Below, piece by piece: positions 30,064 through 40,193 of a DNA stretch of 64,000 bases (its first letter is position 1; each line of letters starts with the position of its first letter). The DNA is from a virus. A program made the position numbers and the translations under genes. The stretch is from IMG/VR virus record IMGVR_UViG_3300032311_001249, positions 25,935 through 89,934 of that record. One strand, 5' to 3'. A model generated the notes under the pieces. That model ran no database searches. It saw only the letters and a list, made by a program, of their open reading frames with translations, and was not told the DNA's origin.

Positions 30064-30651
30064 TCAATCTATTATTTTACACATCTCATAACTTTCCATA
30101 TTTTCTATTGCTGTGCGTTTGATGTAATATGTTTCTTTATATTTTTTTATAAAATTTTGAAGATCATTATTAGTAGTATTAAATTTATTATTGGTGTCGT
30201 CATTTTCATGAGGCCAATATTCAAAGATTATTTTTCGAATATTGTATTTATTTAATTCTAAACTATTTAAAATTCTTAAATCTAAACCTTCACAATCTAA
30301 ATATAAAATTTCTATTTCCGTAATATTTTTGTCTATCAAATACTTTTCTAATTTACAACTTTTACATGTAATAACAGAACTATAATTTAATGTTCGTCTG
30401 TTCATAAGAGATGAGTGACCATGTGAATCAAAAATATATAATTGTATTTCTTTATCTTCTGTATCGGTTATAGCAATATTATCTATGATTATGTTTTTAT
30501 TTTGAATTTCTGAATAATTTTTACTAAGTTCATCTATTAAAAAATGATTAGCTTCTATCAGAAATATATTAGCTTTATCTTTAATATCTGAGATTATTTG
30601 TTTAAAATAATCATTTCCTACGTTTGCTCCTATTTGAATATAATTTTTCAT
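30064..30651 (-). CDS. FkbM-family methyltransferase
   Basis: 'IQIGANVG', 'IEAN', 'LYLDCEGLD..IL', 'IIFE'. Confidence 0.85.
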   Translation of the reverse strand: MKNYIQIGANVGNDYFKQIISDIKDKANIFLIEANHFLIDELSKNYSEIQNKNIIIDNIAITDTEDKEIQLYIFDSHGHSSLMNRRTLNYSSVITCKSCKLEKYLIDKNITEIEILYLDCEGLDLRILNSLELNKYNIRKIIFEYWPHENDDTNNKFNTTNNDLQNFIKKYKETYYIKRTAIENMESYEMCKIID

Positions 30652-30716
30652 AAATTGAATGTATAATAATATTTATTGTGATATTTTTATATACTCAAAT
30701 ACACAAACTAAACATC

Positions 30717-31412
30717 TCATATATTTATTAATTTATTATCATTTAGTTCACCTGAAAGATCACCGTTATTTCGCAATAATACAAATTCCATTTTTGATCT
30801 AGAAATATTCAAATTTTTATATAAGATACAAAATTTCAAAAATGTTTCATAATGAAATCTTCCGCCCAAATCAATGTAATAATCAAGTAGGTCTAATCTA
30901 TTACACAAAAAATTCATATTTTCTGAGTTAGAAAAATAAAAACGATCATTATAACCATGATGATCATCGTGATCTGTAGTATAAACATAATTTTTCATAT
31001 TCCAATTTTCTATAGTTTTCTCTAAACTTGTATTATTGACTACGAGAATATCCGGTCTTATTCTTACAACTATATCATATTCAAAATTATTTTTATTTTC
31101 ATATTTATATTTAAGTTCGTTGCATTTTTTTAAACAATATAATTGTCTTAATAAACCTTGAACAGACACTTCTTGTCTTTTAGTTTGGCTGTATCTCGGA
31201 TGTTCTGTTACACATATACGATCTTCTATTAAAACATCTTTTATATGTGCATCGTTTTCTAAATAATGTAATTTATGTATATCTGGATCATCGTTCCAAG
31301 TATAATAAAAAATATCATAGTCTGTAAACATATTTAAGACTTTTTCTTTTAGTATAAAAAAAATTTTATCTATACTTCTCAATTCACCAGAAAAACAAAA
31401 TGCTGTTTTCAC
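30717..31412 (-). CDS. Glycan-locus hypothetical protein (GT-associated family)
   Basis: 'AFCFSGELR', 'YDIVVRIRPD', 'NDRF' motifs are common in polysaccharide loci; GTG start overlaps the upstream TGA. Confidence 0.6.
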   Translation of the reverse strand: MKTAFCFSGELRSIDKIFFILKEKVLNMFTDYDIFYYTWNDDPDIHKLHYLENDAHIKDVLIEDRICVTEHPRYSQTKRQEVSVQGLLRQLYCLKKCNELKYKYENKNNFEYDIVVRIRPDILVVNNTSLEKTIENWNMKNYVYTTDHDDHHGYNDRFYFSNSENMNFLCNRLDLLDYYIDLGGRFHYETFLKFCILYKNLNISRSKMEFVLLRNNGDLSGELNDNKLINI

Positions 31413-32026
31413 GATTTTAAATAAAATCCATCCCCCCAAGTTCCTCCTTCCCAATTAGATTCGACCCTATAAAACCCATAGTTTTGTAAAAAATCGTCTA
31501 ATTCTTCAACCATACAACATCCTTCGTACAACTCTTTATTATTTATTTCAGCTATAATATACTGTATATTGTTTAATGTTTTTTTTGCTCCTTTTAAAAC
31601 TTCTAATTCATATCCTTGAACATCAATAGATATAAAATTATAGCTAATGTCGAAACAGAAACTATCCATAGTTTCGACATTAACATCAACCATATGTTCA
31701 AATTGTATATGAGGATATTGTTCTGTATGTAATTTAGGTTTTAATAAAGAATTGCTCTGTCCTTGATTTGCATTTTCTACAAACATAGGTATAATTTTTT
31801 TTTCAGAACCTAAAGCTATATTATGATAATTGATATTTTTGAAATTGTTTGTATTTTGTTTTAAGATATTGAATGTGAACGGATGAGGTTCAAAAATATC
31901 AATCACGCATTCTGGATTTATGTCTTTATATAATTTTATTTCTTGTCCAAAATGACCACCTACATGAATTATATTTTTTATATTCATGTTATATTTTTTA
32001 ATTAAAGATTTTAAATCAAACAGCAT
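31409..32026 (-). CDS. FkbM-family methyltransferase
   Basis: 'IHVGGHFGQE', 'FEP', 'QSNSLLKP', 'IDVQGYELEVLKGA', 'WGDGFY'. Confidence 0.9.
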   Translation of the reverse strand: MLFDLKSLIKKYNMNIKNIIHVGGHFGQEIKLYKDINPECVIDIFEPHPFTFNILKQNTNNFKNINYHNIALGSEKKIIPMFVENANQGQSNSLLKPKLHTEQYPHIQFEHMVDVNVETMDSFCFDISYNFISIDVQGYELEVLKGAKKTLNNIQYIIAEINNKELYEGCCMVEELDDFLQNYGFYRVESNWEGGTWGDGFYLKS

Positions 32027-32027
32027 A

Positions 32028-32765
32028 TTAAATTTCTATTTTTATCATATCATCTCTGTAAACATCAGAGACATCATAGCTAACATTAAACCATATATTA
32101 GGAGCTAGTGTAATTTTATTTTTACCTAAATAACTTCCCCACCAACCAAAAGAGCTATTAGAAATTATAGCAAAATCAGATTGAGATATAGTTTTTAAAT
32201 CTTGTAATTCATCAGATGAAACAAATTCATAATCTATATTATCTGGTATATATTTACTTGCATAATGATAGTTATCTGAAACAATTTTAAATGATATATT
32301 TTCATTTATTGATAATACATAGTTTATTGCATTTTCAAAATATTTAGGAGTAATTATATTAAATGTATTATTAAAAAGATAATCGCCCGTTCTTATTTGA
32401 ATTACACAAACATTAGTAGGTTCATTACTACAATTAAATTCTAGTAAATTATTTATATCTTCTTTTTTATTCAAAAAATATTTTTCTGTTTGAAAAAATC
32501 CCTCTAATAATAAATCTTCTGAATATTCTATATCAGTATAATTGAATTGAGGTTCCTTGTAAAGAACTTTTGATTCGTGATTAGTCTTCTGTATATTTTT
32601 AAATATAGAATCTATATAAGTGTTTATAGAATTCCCCTGTCCACGACCTCTATCTAAATTAGGATTTATTCCATATTCTCCGTTATTTTGTTTTGCCAAG
32701 TAATAACCAACTATCACTTGGAATAATTGATTTCCTAAACCTCCTTTATATATGCTTGTTATCAT
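32028..32765 (-). CDS. GT11-family (alpha-1,2-fucosyltransferase-like) glycosyltransferase
   Basis: 'GGLGNQLFQ', 'GFFQ.EKYF', 'IRTGDY', 'ISNSSFGWWGSYL'; TATAAATA at 32780-32773. Confidence 0.9.
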   Translation of the reverse strand: MITSIYKGGLGNQLFQVIVGYYLAKQNNGEYGINPNLDRGRGQGNSINTYIDSIFKNIQKTNHESKVLYKEPQFNYTDIEYSEDLLLEGFFQTEKYFLNKKEDINNLLEFNCSNEPTNVCVIQIRTGDYLFNNTFNIITPKYFENAINYVLSINENISFKIVSDNYHYASKYIPDNIDYEFVSSDELQDLKTISQSDFAIISNSSFGWWGSYLGKNKITLAPNIWFNVSYDVSDVYRDDMIKIEI

Positions 32766-32798
32766 AAGTTTTTATTTATATTGATATTTATATTTTTT

Positions 32799-33446
32799 CT
32801 AACTATATAAAAATTTAGTTCCATTAGATACATAAGTATCTATATATTTCATAGACGGAATAATAGTAACTTTATCAGGAGTCTTACTATGAATATCTTT
32901 TACCATATCACAAACATGTTCTTCAAATATTTTTCCAAGATCATTCACTTCTGTTTCTAATGTAAAATATTGTTTAAATATATTTTTATTACAACCAAAA
33001 AATACAGTACTTACGTGTCTATCGTAATCTCTAGTTAATGTATAGAAATCATGATTTTTACTTATTATTGATTCACAGTCGGGAGAAAAATATCTTCCAG
33101 ATATTTTGAAAAACACATCTGAATCTTTTAAAAAATAAGAATTATCTAATACAAACAATAGTGTATCTTTTTCTCCGTGTCCTTTACCTTTTCCTATAGC
33201 GGTATTTTGTGTAATAGATAAATATTCTATTCGATCTGAATATTCTATAAATTTATTCTTCAAAAAACTTAAATCATAATTAGAGTTTTCTGCAAAAATA
33301 ATATTTAAATTAGTTTTTTGTAAAAAATTATTTAAAGCATTAATATAATGTGATTTACGTGTTTCGATATTATTTCTACTAAGTTGTGGACAACCTTCTA
33401 CATTTATAGTGGCAGTCATTATTAAATTATTTCTTATTAAATTCAT
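32799..33446 (-). CDS. Glycan-locus hypothetical protein
   Basis: 'TATI', 'R...Y..AL', 'FAENS', 'GKGHGE', 'KISGRY' motifs seen in polysaccharide-locus proteins; track start 33527. Confidence 0.6.
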   Translation of the reverse strand: MNLIRNNLIMTATINVEGCPQLSRNNIETRKSHYINALNNFLQKTNLNIIFAENSNYDLSFLKNKFIEYSDRIEYLSITQNTAIGKGKGHGEKDTLLFVLDNSYFLKDSDVFFKISGRYFSPDCESIISKNHDFYTLTRDYDRHVSTVFFGCNKNIFKQYFTLETEVNDLGKIFEEHVCDMVKDIHSKTPDKVTIIPSMKYIDTYVSNGTKFLYS

Positions 33447-34218
33447 ATGCTTCGTGTATTTGTTCACTAATGTCTTTAAGACTAATATCAGATAATAAAC
33501 ATTTGTTGACGTATTTATCAGATTCAAATGGAATTAAATTTTTATGAAGATTTAAAATTTCGTTGATATTTTTTAATATTTTATATTTAGATATTTTTTC
33601 TGTTCCTAATTGTAAAACATTTGAATTTGTTAATATATCCTTTTCTAAAATTATTTTCTCTGCCCATTTAGCCCATTCTAATGTAGTTATACCATTCCAG
33701 TATTGGTTTATAAATCCTTTAATACTTTCATTCTGACACTCAACAAACCAATTCCATAAGGACTTGCCTCCAATATTTTCTGGACCTATAATAGATGTTC
33801 TTATTTGGACTATATTTGGATTTTTCAGACTTTCTAAATACATATAAGATATTTTTTTACTAATACCATAGTCATCTATAGCATCTGGATAATCTGTTTT
33901 TTTGTAAAAATGATCAATATTAATTTTTCCAGAAAATTCACAATCGGTTGAAGGATTTATTATTTTTCCTTTAAAGAATTTTGTTAAATAAATCGGAAGT
34001 TCAGTATTTACATAGTAGTAATCTTTTATAGTTGATGTTTTCTGAGGAATACAACCTATACAATTTATTAACCATTCTGAATTTGAAGACTTTATAAAGT
34101 CTTCAAATTCCTTTGTACCCCAACGATTATCTGTTATTTCAATATCAAAATTTTGTCTCAAATATTTAAATACAGTATTCCCTAATAATCCGTTATGTCC
34201 TAAAATTAATATCTTCAT
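33427..34218 (-). CDS. RmlD-like NDP-4-keto-6-deoxyhexose reductase (WbvR-like SDR)
   Basis: 'LGHNGLLG', 'INCIG', 'STDCEFSG', 'YGISK', 'IRTSIIGPE', 'WNGITT'. Confidence 0.85.
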   Translation of the reverse strand: MKILILGHNGLLGNTVFKYLRQNFDIEITDNRWGTKEFEDFIKSSNSEWLINCIGCIPQKTSTIKDYYYVNTELPIYLTKFFKGKIINPSTDCEFSGKINIDHFYKKTDYPDAIDDYGISKKISYMYLESLKNPNIVQIRTSIIGPENIGGKSLWNWFVECQNESIKGFINQYWNGITTLEWAKWAEKIILEKDILTNSNVLQLGTEKISKYKILKNINEILNLHKNLIPFESDKYVNKCLLSDISLKDISEQIHEAYEFNKK

Positions 34219-35141
34219 GGTTTAAAATAATTATACTGATTTAAAAAATCATTAAGTTCTTTTTTAGAAATACAATAATCTCGACTTGAATAATATTTTG
34301 GTATATTCGCATTATTATATATTTTAGAGTAATGCATATAGTAATATTTCGAACATTCTGTTGTACGTACAGATTCTTCTTCAGAAAACATTATTTCGTG
34401 TAATTTTTCGGAAATTCTAGGAACACCCTTTTTATAATTTAGATTAAATTTTTCATTAAAAATTTCAAACAAATCTTTTATTCTAAAACTTTTAATTTTT
34501 GGTATTATGTTAAACCCTTTAAAATTTAATGAGTGTTCTATTAAATCTACAGCTTCATCTGATGTTATCATAAATCGAGTCATTTCATCAGAGTATAAAG
34601 TTAATTGGTAGTTATTTTTAATAGAATCCCATATAAGAGGTATTAAACTTCCAGTCGAATTCAAAACATTTCCGTATATTGCTGTGCTTAAGTTAATATC
34701 GTTTTTATCAGAATTTACAATAAATGATTCACCTGCAATAAATTTCATAGCACCGTATAAAGTTGTAGCAGAACGACTCTTATCAGAAGAAATAAAACAT
34801 GCAGATTTCATTTTATTTTTTTCAGCAGAATACCTACCATTAAAAGCTCCGTCAATTATTATTTTATTAGCTTCTTCAACATTTTGATCTACTGCTTCAA
34901 TCTGTTTTAAACTAGCTGCAAAAATTCCTATAGAGCAACCTTCAGAAGAACGAAGAAGTAAATCACGATCTCGTACATCCCCGATAATTGTTCGGATCTT
35001 CGGAAATTGTTTTTTTAAATAATAATGCTTGGCCTCATCTCTAGAAAATATAACAATATCATTAGCGTCGTAGAATTTTTTTATGATGTTTTTTCCTAAA
35101 AACCCCGCGCCGCCTGTTATAAATATTTTTTCATTTTTCAT
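34215..35141 (-). CDS. UDP-GlcNAc 4,6-dehydratase (PseB/FnlA/CapE family)
   Basis: 'ITGGAGFLG', 'FSRDE.K', 'GDVRD', 'AASLKQI', 'SSDK...LYGAMK', 'YGNV.NSTGSLIP', 'MTRF', 'EKLHE'. Confidence 0.9.
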   Translation of the reverse strand: MKNEKIFITGGAGFLGKNIIKKFYDANDIVIFSRDEAKHYYLKKQFPKIRTIIGDVRDRDLLLRSSEGCSIGIFAASLKQIEAVDQNVEEANKIIIDGAFNGRYSAEKNKMKSACFISSDKSRSATTLYGAMKFIAGESFIVNSDKNDINLSTAIYGNVLNSTGSLIPLIWDSIKNNYQLTLYSDEMTRFMITSDEAVDLIEHSLNFKGFNIIPKIKSFRIKDLFEIFNEKFNLNYKKGVPRISEKLHEIMFSEEESVRTTECSKYYYMHYSKIYNNANIPKYYSSRDYCISKKELNDFLNQYNYFKP

Positions 35142-35938
35142 ATATAAATCAATTGTTTATTTCGAGATATTTTTTTAACAATAGCATTATCGTTTACCCA
35201 AGGTAAAAAGTCTTTTAACATTTGAGGAAAATGCTTACAATTTTGTAATCTCATCCAATTATTATAAGCATCTTTGTATCCGTAAAAATTTTCTTTAAAT
35301 TTAACTTGTTCTGGAAGAACATATGCATAATGATCAAATATCCAGTTTTTCTGTCCTGTGAAGTTTTTAGATAAAAATTCAGTAAGACCGTGAATTCTTG
35401 GTGGTTCATGAGTTCTCCAAGAAGTCTTGTTATTTATTTTCCATAAACGACACCATTCATCAGCTTTGTTACCATATGTATCATCTGATGTGATTAGTAT
35501 ATTAGGTCCAACAAAATAATTACATCTAAACAACATTCCATCAAATCCTTCATTATTCAAGGCATAATCAGTAACTTCTTGTAAAGTTTCAGGATTCCAA
35601 ATCTCATCCACATCAAACTGCATTAAGATGCAATCATTCATCTTATCATTTACCACGTTACACATTTCTGTTTTACCATTCCAGAAATCGTTTTTACGGT
35701 GAACAAAAACTTTTTTGTTATCGGCTATACTATCTAAAAATTCAGTAGTTCCGTCTATGGATAATTTTTTATCAGAATAAAATCTTTGATCAATATTCTG
35801 ACACCATGCTGTGTCAAATGTAGGAAGAGTCGCACCTTCAATTACATGCCATTCATCAAACACCTGAAGTATAACTTCTGTTTGTTTTTTTATGAATGGC
35901 ATACCATTCAATACTATTGTAAATGCTATTTTTTTCAT
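35138..35938 (-). CDS. Glycosyltransferase (GT-A, GT2-like)
   Basis: 'FTIVLNG.PFI', 'S.DGT', 'QFDVDEIW', 'HEPP', 'FDHYAY'; ATGA coupling at 35938. Confidence 0.7.
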   Translation of the reverse strand: MKKIAFTIVLNGMPFIKKQTEVILQVFDEWHVIEGATLPTFDTAWCQNIDQRFYSDKKLSIDGTTEFLDSIADNKKVFVHRKNDFWNGKTEMCNVVNDKMNDCILMQFDVDEIWNPETLQEVTDYALNNEGFDGMLFRCNYFVGPNILITSDDTYGNKADEWCRLWKINNKTSWRTHEPPRIHGLTEFLSKNFTGQKNWIFDHYAYVLPEQVKFKENFYGYKDAYNNWMRLQNCKHFPQMLKDFLPWVNDNAIVKKISRNKQLIYI

Positions 35939-36654
35939 AATTTTATCCAATATCTATTTAATACAGGTAATCCTCTCATTCTACCATCTTTTAAAGGATT
36001 TCCATAATAACCGTGTTTTAATAAAAGAACGTTTTTCTTGACTGGTATATTTAATTGATCTACTAGATTAGAAAAACTACTCTCTATCAATATGTGTTGC
36101 TCTGCATCTTCTAATACTCCTAACCAATCAAAAACACTATCTGTTATTGGTGATATGTCTATTCTTTTAATAGATTCGTTTTCCCATAGAACAGAACGTT
36201 TTGAGTCTGATGCTTTTTCTTGAACAACAACAAAAGGATTATCTGCCTCTATTGTAGTTTTTAAAAGATTTTCTTTTTGAGCATTTCTATTTATCTTTAA
36301 TTTCCACTTTTCTTCAAAAGGAACATCTGCTAAGAAATATTTAAACTCATCAAAAGAATATAAATCTTGAGTCAAGTAATTTTGGGAATTCAATGGATTT
36401 GCATTAGGTATAGTAAATGCTAAATCAATAATTTTTGTGCAGAAATTATTGATGCATGTCTGATATGCCTCCATACAATCAAATTCTATAGGCATAAATT
36501 TTACATAATCTACATATTCTGTAAAATTTTTAATCATTTCTTTTTCTACAGGCCAAATTATCTCATAACCTCTATCATAGTACCATTTTGCTATGGGCAG
36601 GCATATTATAATATCTCCTATTTTTCCCGGTTGAATTATTCCTAATCTTCTCAT
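35935..36654 (-). CDS. Glycosyltransferase, GT9-like (GT-B)
   Basis: 'PGKIGDIIICLP.AK' N-terminus; 'IESSFSNL'. Confidence 0.65.
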   Translation of the reverse strand: MRRLGIIQPGKIGDIIICLPIAKWYYDRGYEIIWPVEKEMIKNFTEYVDYVKFMPIEFDCMEAYQTCINNFCTKIIDLAFTIPNANPLNSQNYLTQDLYSFDEFKYFLADVPFEEKWKLKINRNAQKENLLKTTIEADNPFVVVQEKASDSKRSVLWENESIKRIDISPITDSVFDWLGVLEDAEQHILIESSFSNLVDQLNIPVKKNVLLLKHGYYGNPLKDGRMRGLPVLNRYWIKL

Positions 36655-37526
36655 TCTATATATTTTATTTGGTTATCAAGATTTATATTCATAGCATCAA
36701 AAAATGTTTTTTGTATTTGTTGTTCATTCTCTTGTGGCTGTAAGAACGCTCCCCATGGTTTTCTTTTACACAAGTTATATTGTAGATTAAAGTATATAAT
36801 ATTATCAGCTATTCTAAACAAGTGATTTTTTCTAAAAATATCTTCATTATGTTTTTTTTCAGGACACTCTGATGTCACTGCTGCATTACCATGAAACATA
36901 TGCAAAGCAAACATAGGATAAGAATTAGAGATTATACACTTCTCTCCAAATATAACCATTAATCCTGCTATAACCACATCAAAAAAAGGTTTACCTATAA
37001 CAAACTTACTAATAAAGTGTTTTTTATATTTAGAAAACCATTTATTTTCAAAAACAAAATAATCATAACCTGCTATTTCTGTTCTGATGGGTTTTACATT
37101 CTCATCTAACACATCTTGAAAAGAGTTTATTTCCTCTATCTCTAATCTTGGTCCGGCCATGCAATCTGGTTCTTCTTTTAATATTTTTTCTATTAATCCC
37201 GGTAAAAGAATCACATCAGAATTAACAAACACAACATAATCACATTTACTAATAATAAAACCTTTGCATATTATTTCCGAAATTACTGGTAATTTTTTTT
37301 CACTGTTTTTGATATAAGATTCAGACGAACATTCCAAAACATGAACAGTATCTATTCCCTCATAATGAGCATCAAAAGTTTCTTCCTCATCTTTAAATTG
37401 TAAATTAAACAAATATACGTTGTCTGGAAATTTCTCTTTTAAATTTAAAAGAGATTGCATAGCAACATTCTGTCTATGATATTTACCAAAAGTATTAGTT
37501 ATTACGGCTATAGTTTTATTACTCAT
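36651..37526 (-). CDS. Putative nucleotide-diphospho-sugar transferase
   Basis: 'LPVI', 'VFVNSDV', 'GYDYFVF', 'G.PFFD', 'H..H'; track start 37556. Confidence 0.6.
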   Translation of the reverse strand: MSNKTIAVITNTFGKYHRQNVAMQSLLNLKEKFPDNVYLFNLQFKDEEETFDAHYEGIDTVHVLECSSESYIKNSEKKLPVISEIICKGFIISKCDYVVFVNSDVILLPGLIEKILKEEPDCMAGPRLEIEEINSFQDVLDENVKPIRTEIAGYDYFVFENKWFSKYKKHFISKFVIGKPFFDVVIAGLMVIFGEKCIISNSYPMFALHMFHGNAAVTSECPEKKHNEDIFRKNHLFRIADNIIYFNLQYNLCKRKPWGAFLQPQENEQQIQKTFFDAMNINLDNQIKYIE

Positions 37527-38265
37527 ATTTGTTATATAATTCGTTTTTAATATCAATATTAACTTTATATTGATGATTTATTTTATTGTTTATTTGATTT
37601 TTTATTCCTTGTGCCATATTGTTTACATTTTTGGAATCAAGAATACATTTAAAATTATCAACATATATCAGTTTGTTAACAATCATCTGATCGGTGATGG
37701 GATAGTTTATCTTTGCTAAAACTTTAGACATTTCGTGAATAATCTTTTGATAAAACAAAGAAATACTAGAAAAATTTCCCAATATAAGACCACTATTTAT
37801 AACTATATTGTGTTTTACTATATCAAATACATTCTGACCATAACACACCATGCACCAAGTCTTATTAGTGTCGCAGTCATTAAAAGTTAAATCTTCTAAA
37901 CTCAACCAAACATCATCATGAGGCAATTCAAAAGGATTTATTTTAAAATAAACATCATTCATATCACAGTAAAAAATATCATGATCTTTCAAAGATTCTT
38001 TATATTTTTCTAAAAATAAATGTATATAAATTATTTTGTTGTTGTACGGGGATGTTTGAAACAACACATCAAATAATTTAGCATCAACCACTTGAATATT
38101 CTGAGAATTCAGAAATTCTATTAGTCTATCATCCACATTTTTTAGTATGACAGAAATATCGCCCTTGTAATATTCTCTAAGACTTTTTATAGTGACTTTT
38201 ATACCAGAAAAGTCATACTTTTGGCCTTCCATATACATTACAACCAATTGTTTATTTTCTGCCAT
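37519..38265 (-). CDS. Putative glycosyltransferase (GT-A)
   Basis: 'CDMNDVYF..NPF', 'INSG.ILG', 'DQ...N', 'HQY'. Confidence 0.65.
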   Translation of the reverse strand: MAENKQLVVMYMEGQKYDFSGIKVTIKSLREYYKGDISVILKNVDDRLIEFLNSQNIQVVDAKLFDVLFQTSPYNNKIIYIHLFLEKYKESLKDHDIFYCDMNDVYFKINPFELPHDDVWLSLEDLTFNDCDTNKTWCMVCYGQNVFDIVKHNIVINSGLILGNFSSISLFYQKIIHEMSKVLAKINYPITDQMIVNKLIYVDNFKCILDSKNVNNMAQGIKNQINNKINHQYKVNIDIKNELYNKYE

Positions 38266-38989
38266 ATTTTTGTTTTATTTCTTTAAATTTATTCTTGAAA
38301 TTTATCATATCAAAGTCGTACAACTCCATTATGTCTTTACCCCATTTATTATTAAAATAATTTCTTCCTTTTTGAATTCTATCCATATATTCTAGACTTT
38401 TTCCAGTTATAGTAGATTCTCCATCATCTATGAGTTCTAGGTATTGGGATAAATCGAACGGAGATATAAAAATACCAAAGGAAGGAGCAAATCCAAGTCT
38501 ATCAGCTTGTAATTCCAAATCAGCATGTTCCCAACCATTAAAATAATTTTCATCAAATGTTATTTTTTCTAAAAAGCTTTTATGAAAATAAGAAAAATTT
38601 GCTTCTGTGTTATAACATAAACTAGCTTTTAAATTACCCCATTCTGCTATTCCAATTTTATCATATCTGTAATCATTCCAATTAAAATGTAATAGACCAG
38701 TTTGTTGTGAAAATTCTATACAATATTCCCACACCCTGTTGTCTTTGATCAAACAGTCATCTTCTAATAAAAATATATGTTCACAACCTTTTTCTAACAA
38801 AGACTGTATTGTTATATTTTTACACTTTCCTACCCCAACATTAGTGTCTAATACAACATCCACTGGTACAGAATATTTGTCTTTTCCACCATCTTTGATG
38901 GAAAAGACAACATCCACATGTTTTATAGAATCTTTTATTCTAGAGAATTGTTTTTCTCTGTTGTATGTTATTATTCCTGTCCCTATCAT
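38252..38989 (-). CDS. GT2-family glycosyltransferase
   Basis: 'GIITYNR', 'N.GVGKCKN', 'IFLLEDD', 'FDENY..GWEH.D'. Confidence 0.8.
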   Translation of the reverse strand: MIGTGIITYNREKQFSRIKDSIKHVDVVFSIKDGGKDKYSVPVDVVLDTNVGVGKCKNITIQSLLEKGCEHIFLLEDDCLIKDNRVWEYCIEFSQQTGLLHFNWNDYRYDKIGIAEWGNLKASLCYNTEANFSYFHKSFLEKITFDENYFNGWEHADLELQADRLGFAPSFGIFISPFDLSQYLELIDDGESTITGKSLEYMDRIQKGRNYFNNKWGKDIMELYDFDMINFKNKFKEIKQKYGRK

Positions 38990-40164
38990 TAATTATGTAC
39001 AAATCCCATTACTCTCTTTTCCTTTTTAACGGAAAAATCATTCTCATCATTATAAATTTCTGAAAGAGTCATCTCTTCTTTTGGAGGAGTGTGATCGTAG
39101 AGTTTTCTATAAAGTCTTTCTGTTTTTTCCTTATTTAAAGGTCCGAATTTATGTTTTAAAAACATTCTGCCTCTTCTTTTCAAAGCAGGATCAATTTTAT
39201 CTTCATCAGTATTGAATGTGGCTATAATCTTAAAATTAAGAACATCAGCCATAATTCCATCACATATGTTTAATAGAATAGAGATGATACTGTTGTCTGA
39301 TGAATCTTCTCTGTTTATAAGAACTTTTTCAGCATCTTCTATAATTAGAAGACTGTCTTTTTCTCTTCTTATGACTGGAAAAAATGCTGGGTCTGCCATA
39401 CTTTGAACAAAATAAGGAGGAATGTAAATCTTTTTAAGACCATCATCTCTGTTCAAGAGATATTTAATATAGTTTGTTTTCCCACTGCCCGGATCACCAT
39501 GAAGCAGCACTAATTTATTATTTGGAATAGAAAAATCATTTATCCAATTTTCTATTTTTCTGTGTGTTTTCTCAAAATCATCATTATAATTATCCTCTAA
39601 TGAAAGATCAAATCCCTTTACTTTATGAGGAGTAAGAACAATTTCATTATATTCATTTTTTTCAAAAAGTAATATTTTTCCTTTGGTATCCTTTACACTG
39701 TGGTCTGAAAATTTTTCTATTAATTCAAAAACTAAATTAGTATCTACATTAGCATCAAAACAAACATCTATACTTCCGATTACAGATTCTTTGTTATCAT
39801 TAACATCAACATCAGAAACAGAAACAGCAACGGGAAAATCTTCATTACCACTCAAATTAACATCTAACATTATTCTTTTTTCATGATTACTAAAATGAAT
39901 AGTCTCTCTAGTATTTCTTTCATATGTTAAATCTACATTAGAGACCACAAAGTTATTTTGTATCAAATATTTTATAATATCGTCACAACGTGTTAATTTA
40001 TATAACATTCTTGCTTTACTAGGAACACAATTATATTTTAAAGAAAAAATATAACTGCCATGATATGCCATATCTTTAGTAATAGTAAAATTTACATCTT
40101 TATTATTAAATGTTTGGTCATCAAACTTTGCTCCTAGATTTTTAAGTTTTTCTATTATATTCAT
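38989..40164 (-). CDS. AAA+ ATPase
   Basis: Walker A 'HGDPGSGKT', Walker B 'IIEDAE', 'LLN.CDG', SRH 'TFN....IDPALKRRGR'. ATG 40164 follows TTGATT-N16-TATATT-N5. Confidence 0.9.
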   Translation of the reverse strand: MNIIEKLKNLGAKFDDQTFNNKDVNFTITKDMAYHGSYIFSLKYNCVPSKARMLYKLTRCDDIIKYLIQNNFVVSNVDLTYERNTRETIHFSNHEKRIMLDVNLSGNEDFPVAVSVSDVDVNDNKESVIGSIDVCFDANVDTNLVFELIEKFSDHSVKDTKGKILLFEKNEYNEIVLTPHKVKGFDLSLEDNYNDDFEKTHRKIENWINDFSIPNNKLVLLHGDPGSGKTNYIKYLLNRDDGLKKIYIPPYFVQSMADPAFFPVIRREKDSLLIIEDAEKVLINREDSSDNSIISILLNICDGIMADVLNFKIIATFNTDEDKIDPALKRRGRMFLKHKFGPLNKEKTERLYRKLYDHTPPKEEMTLSEIYNDENDFSVKKEKRVMGFVHN

Positions 40165-40193
40165 AAAGAAATATAGCACTGTTGATCATGTAA

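Noticed and set aside
38989-40164. MoxR-vWA chaperone pair with the 60850 vWA gene
   Set aside because: The ATPase has classical AAA-clade SRH features rather than MoxR motifs and lies 20 kb away.
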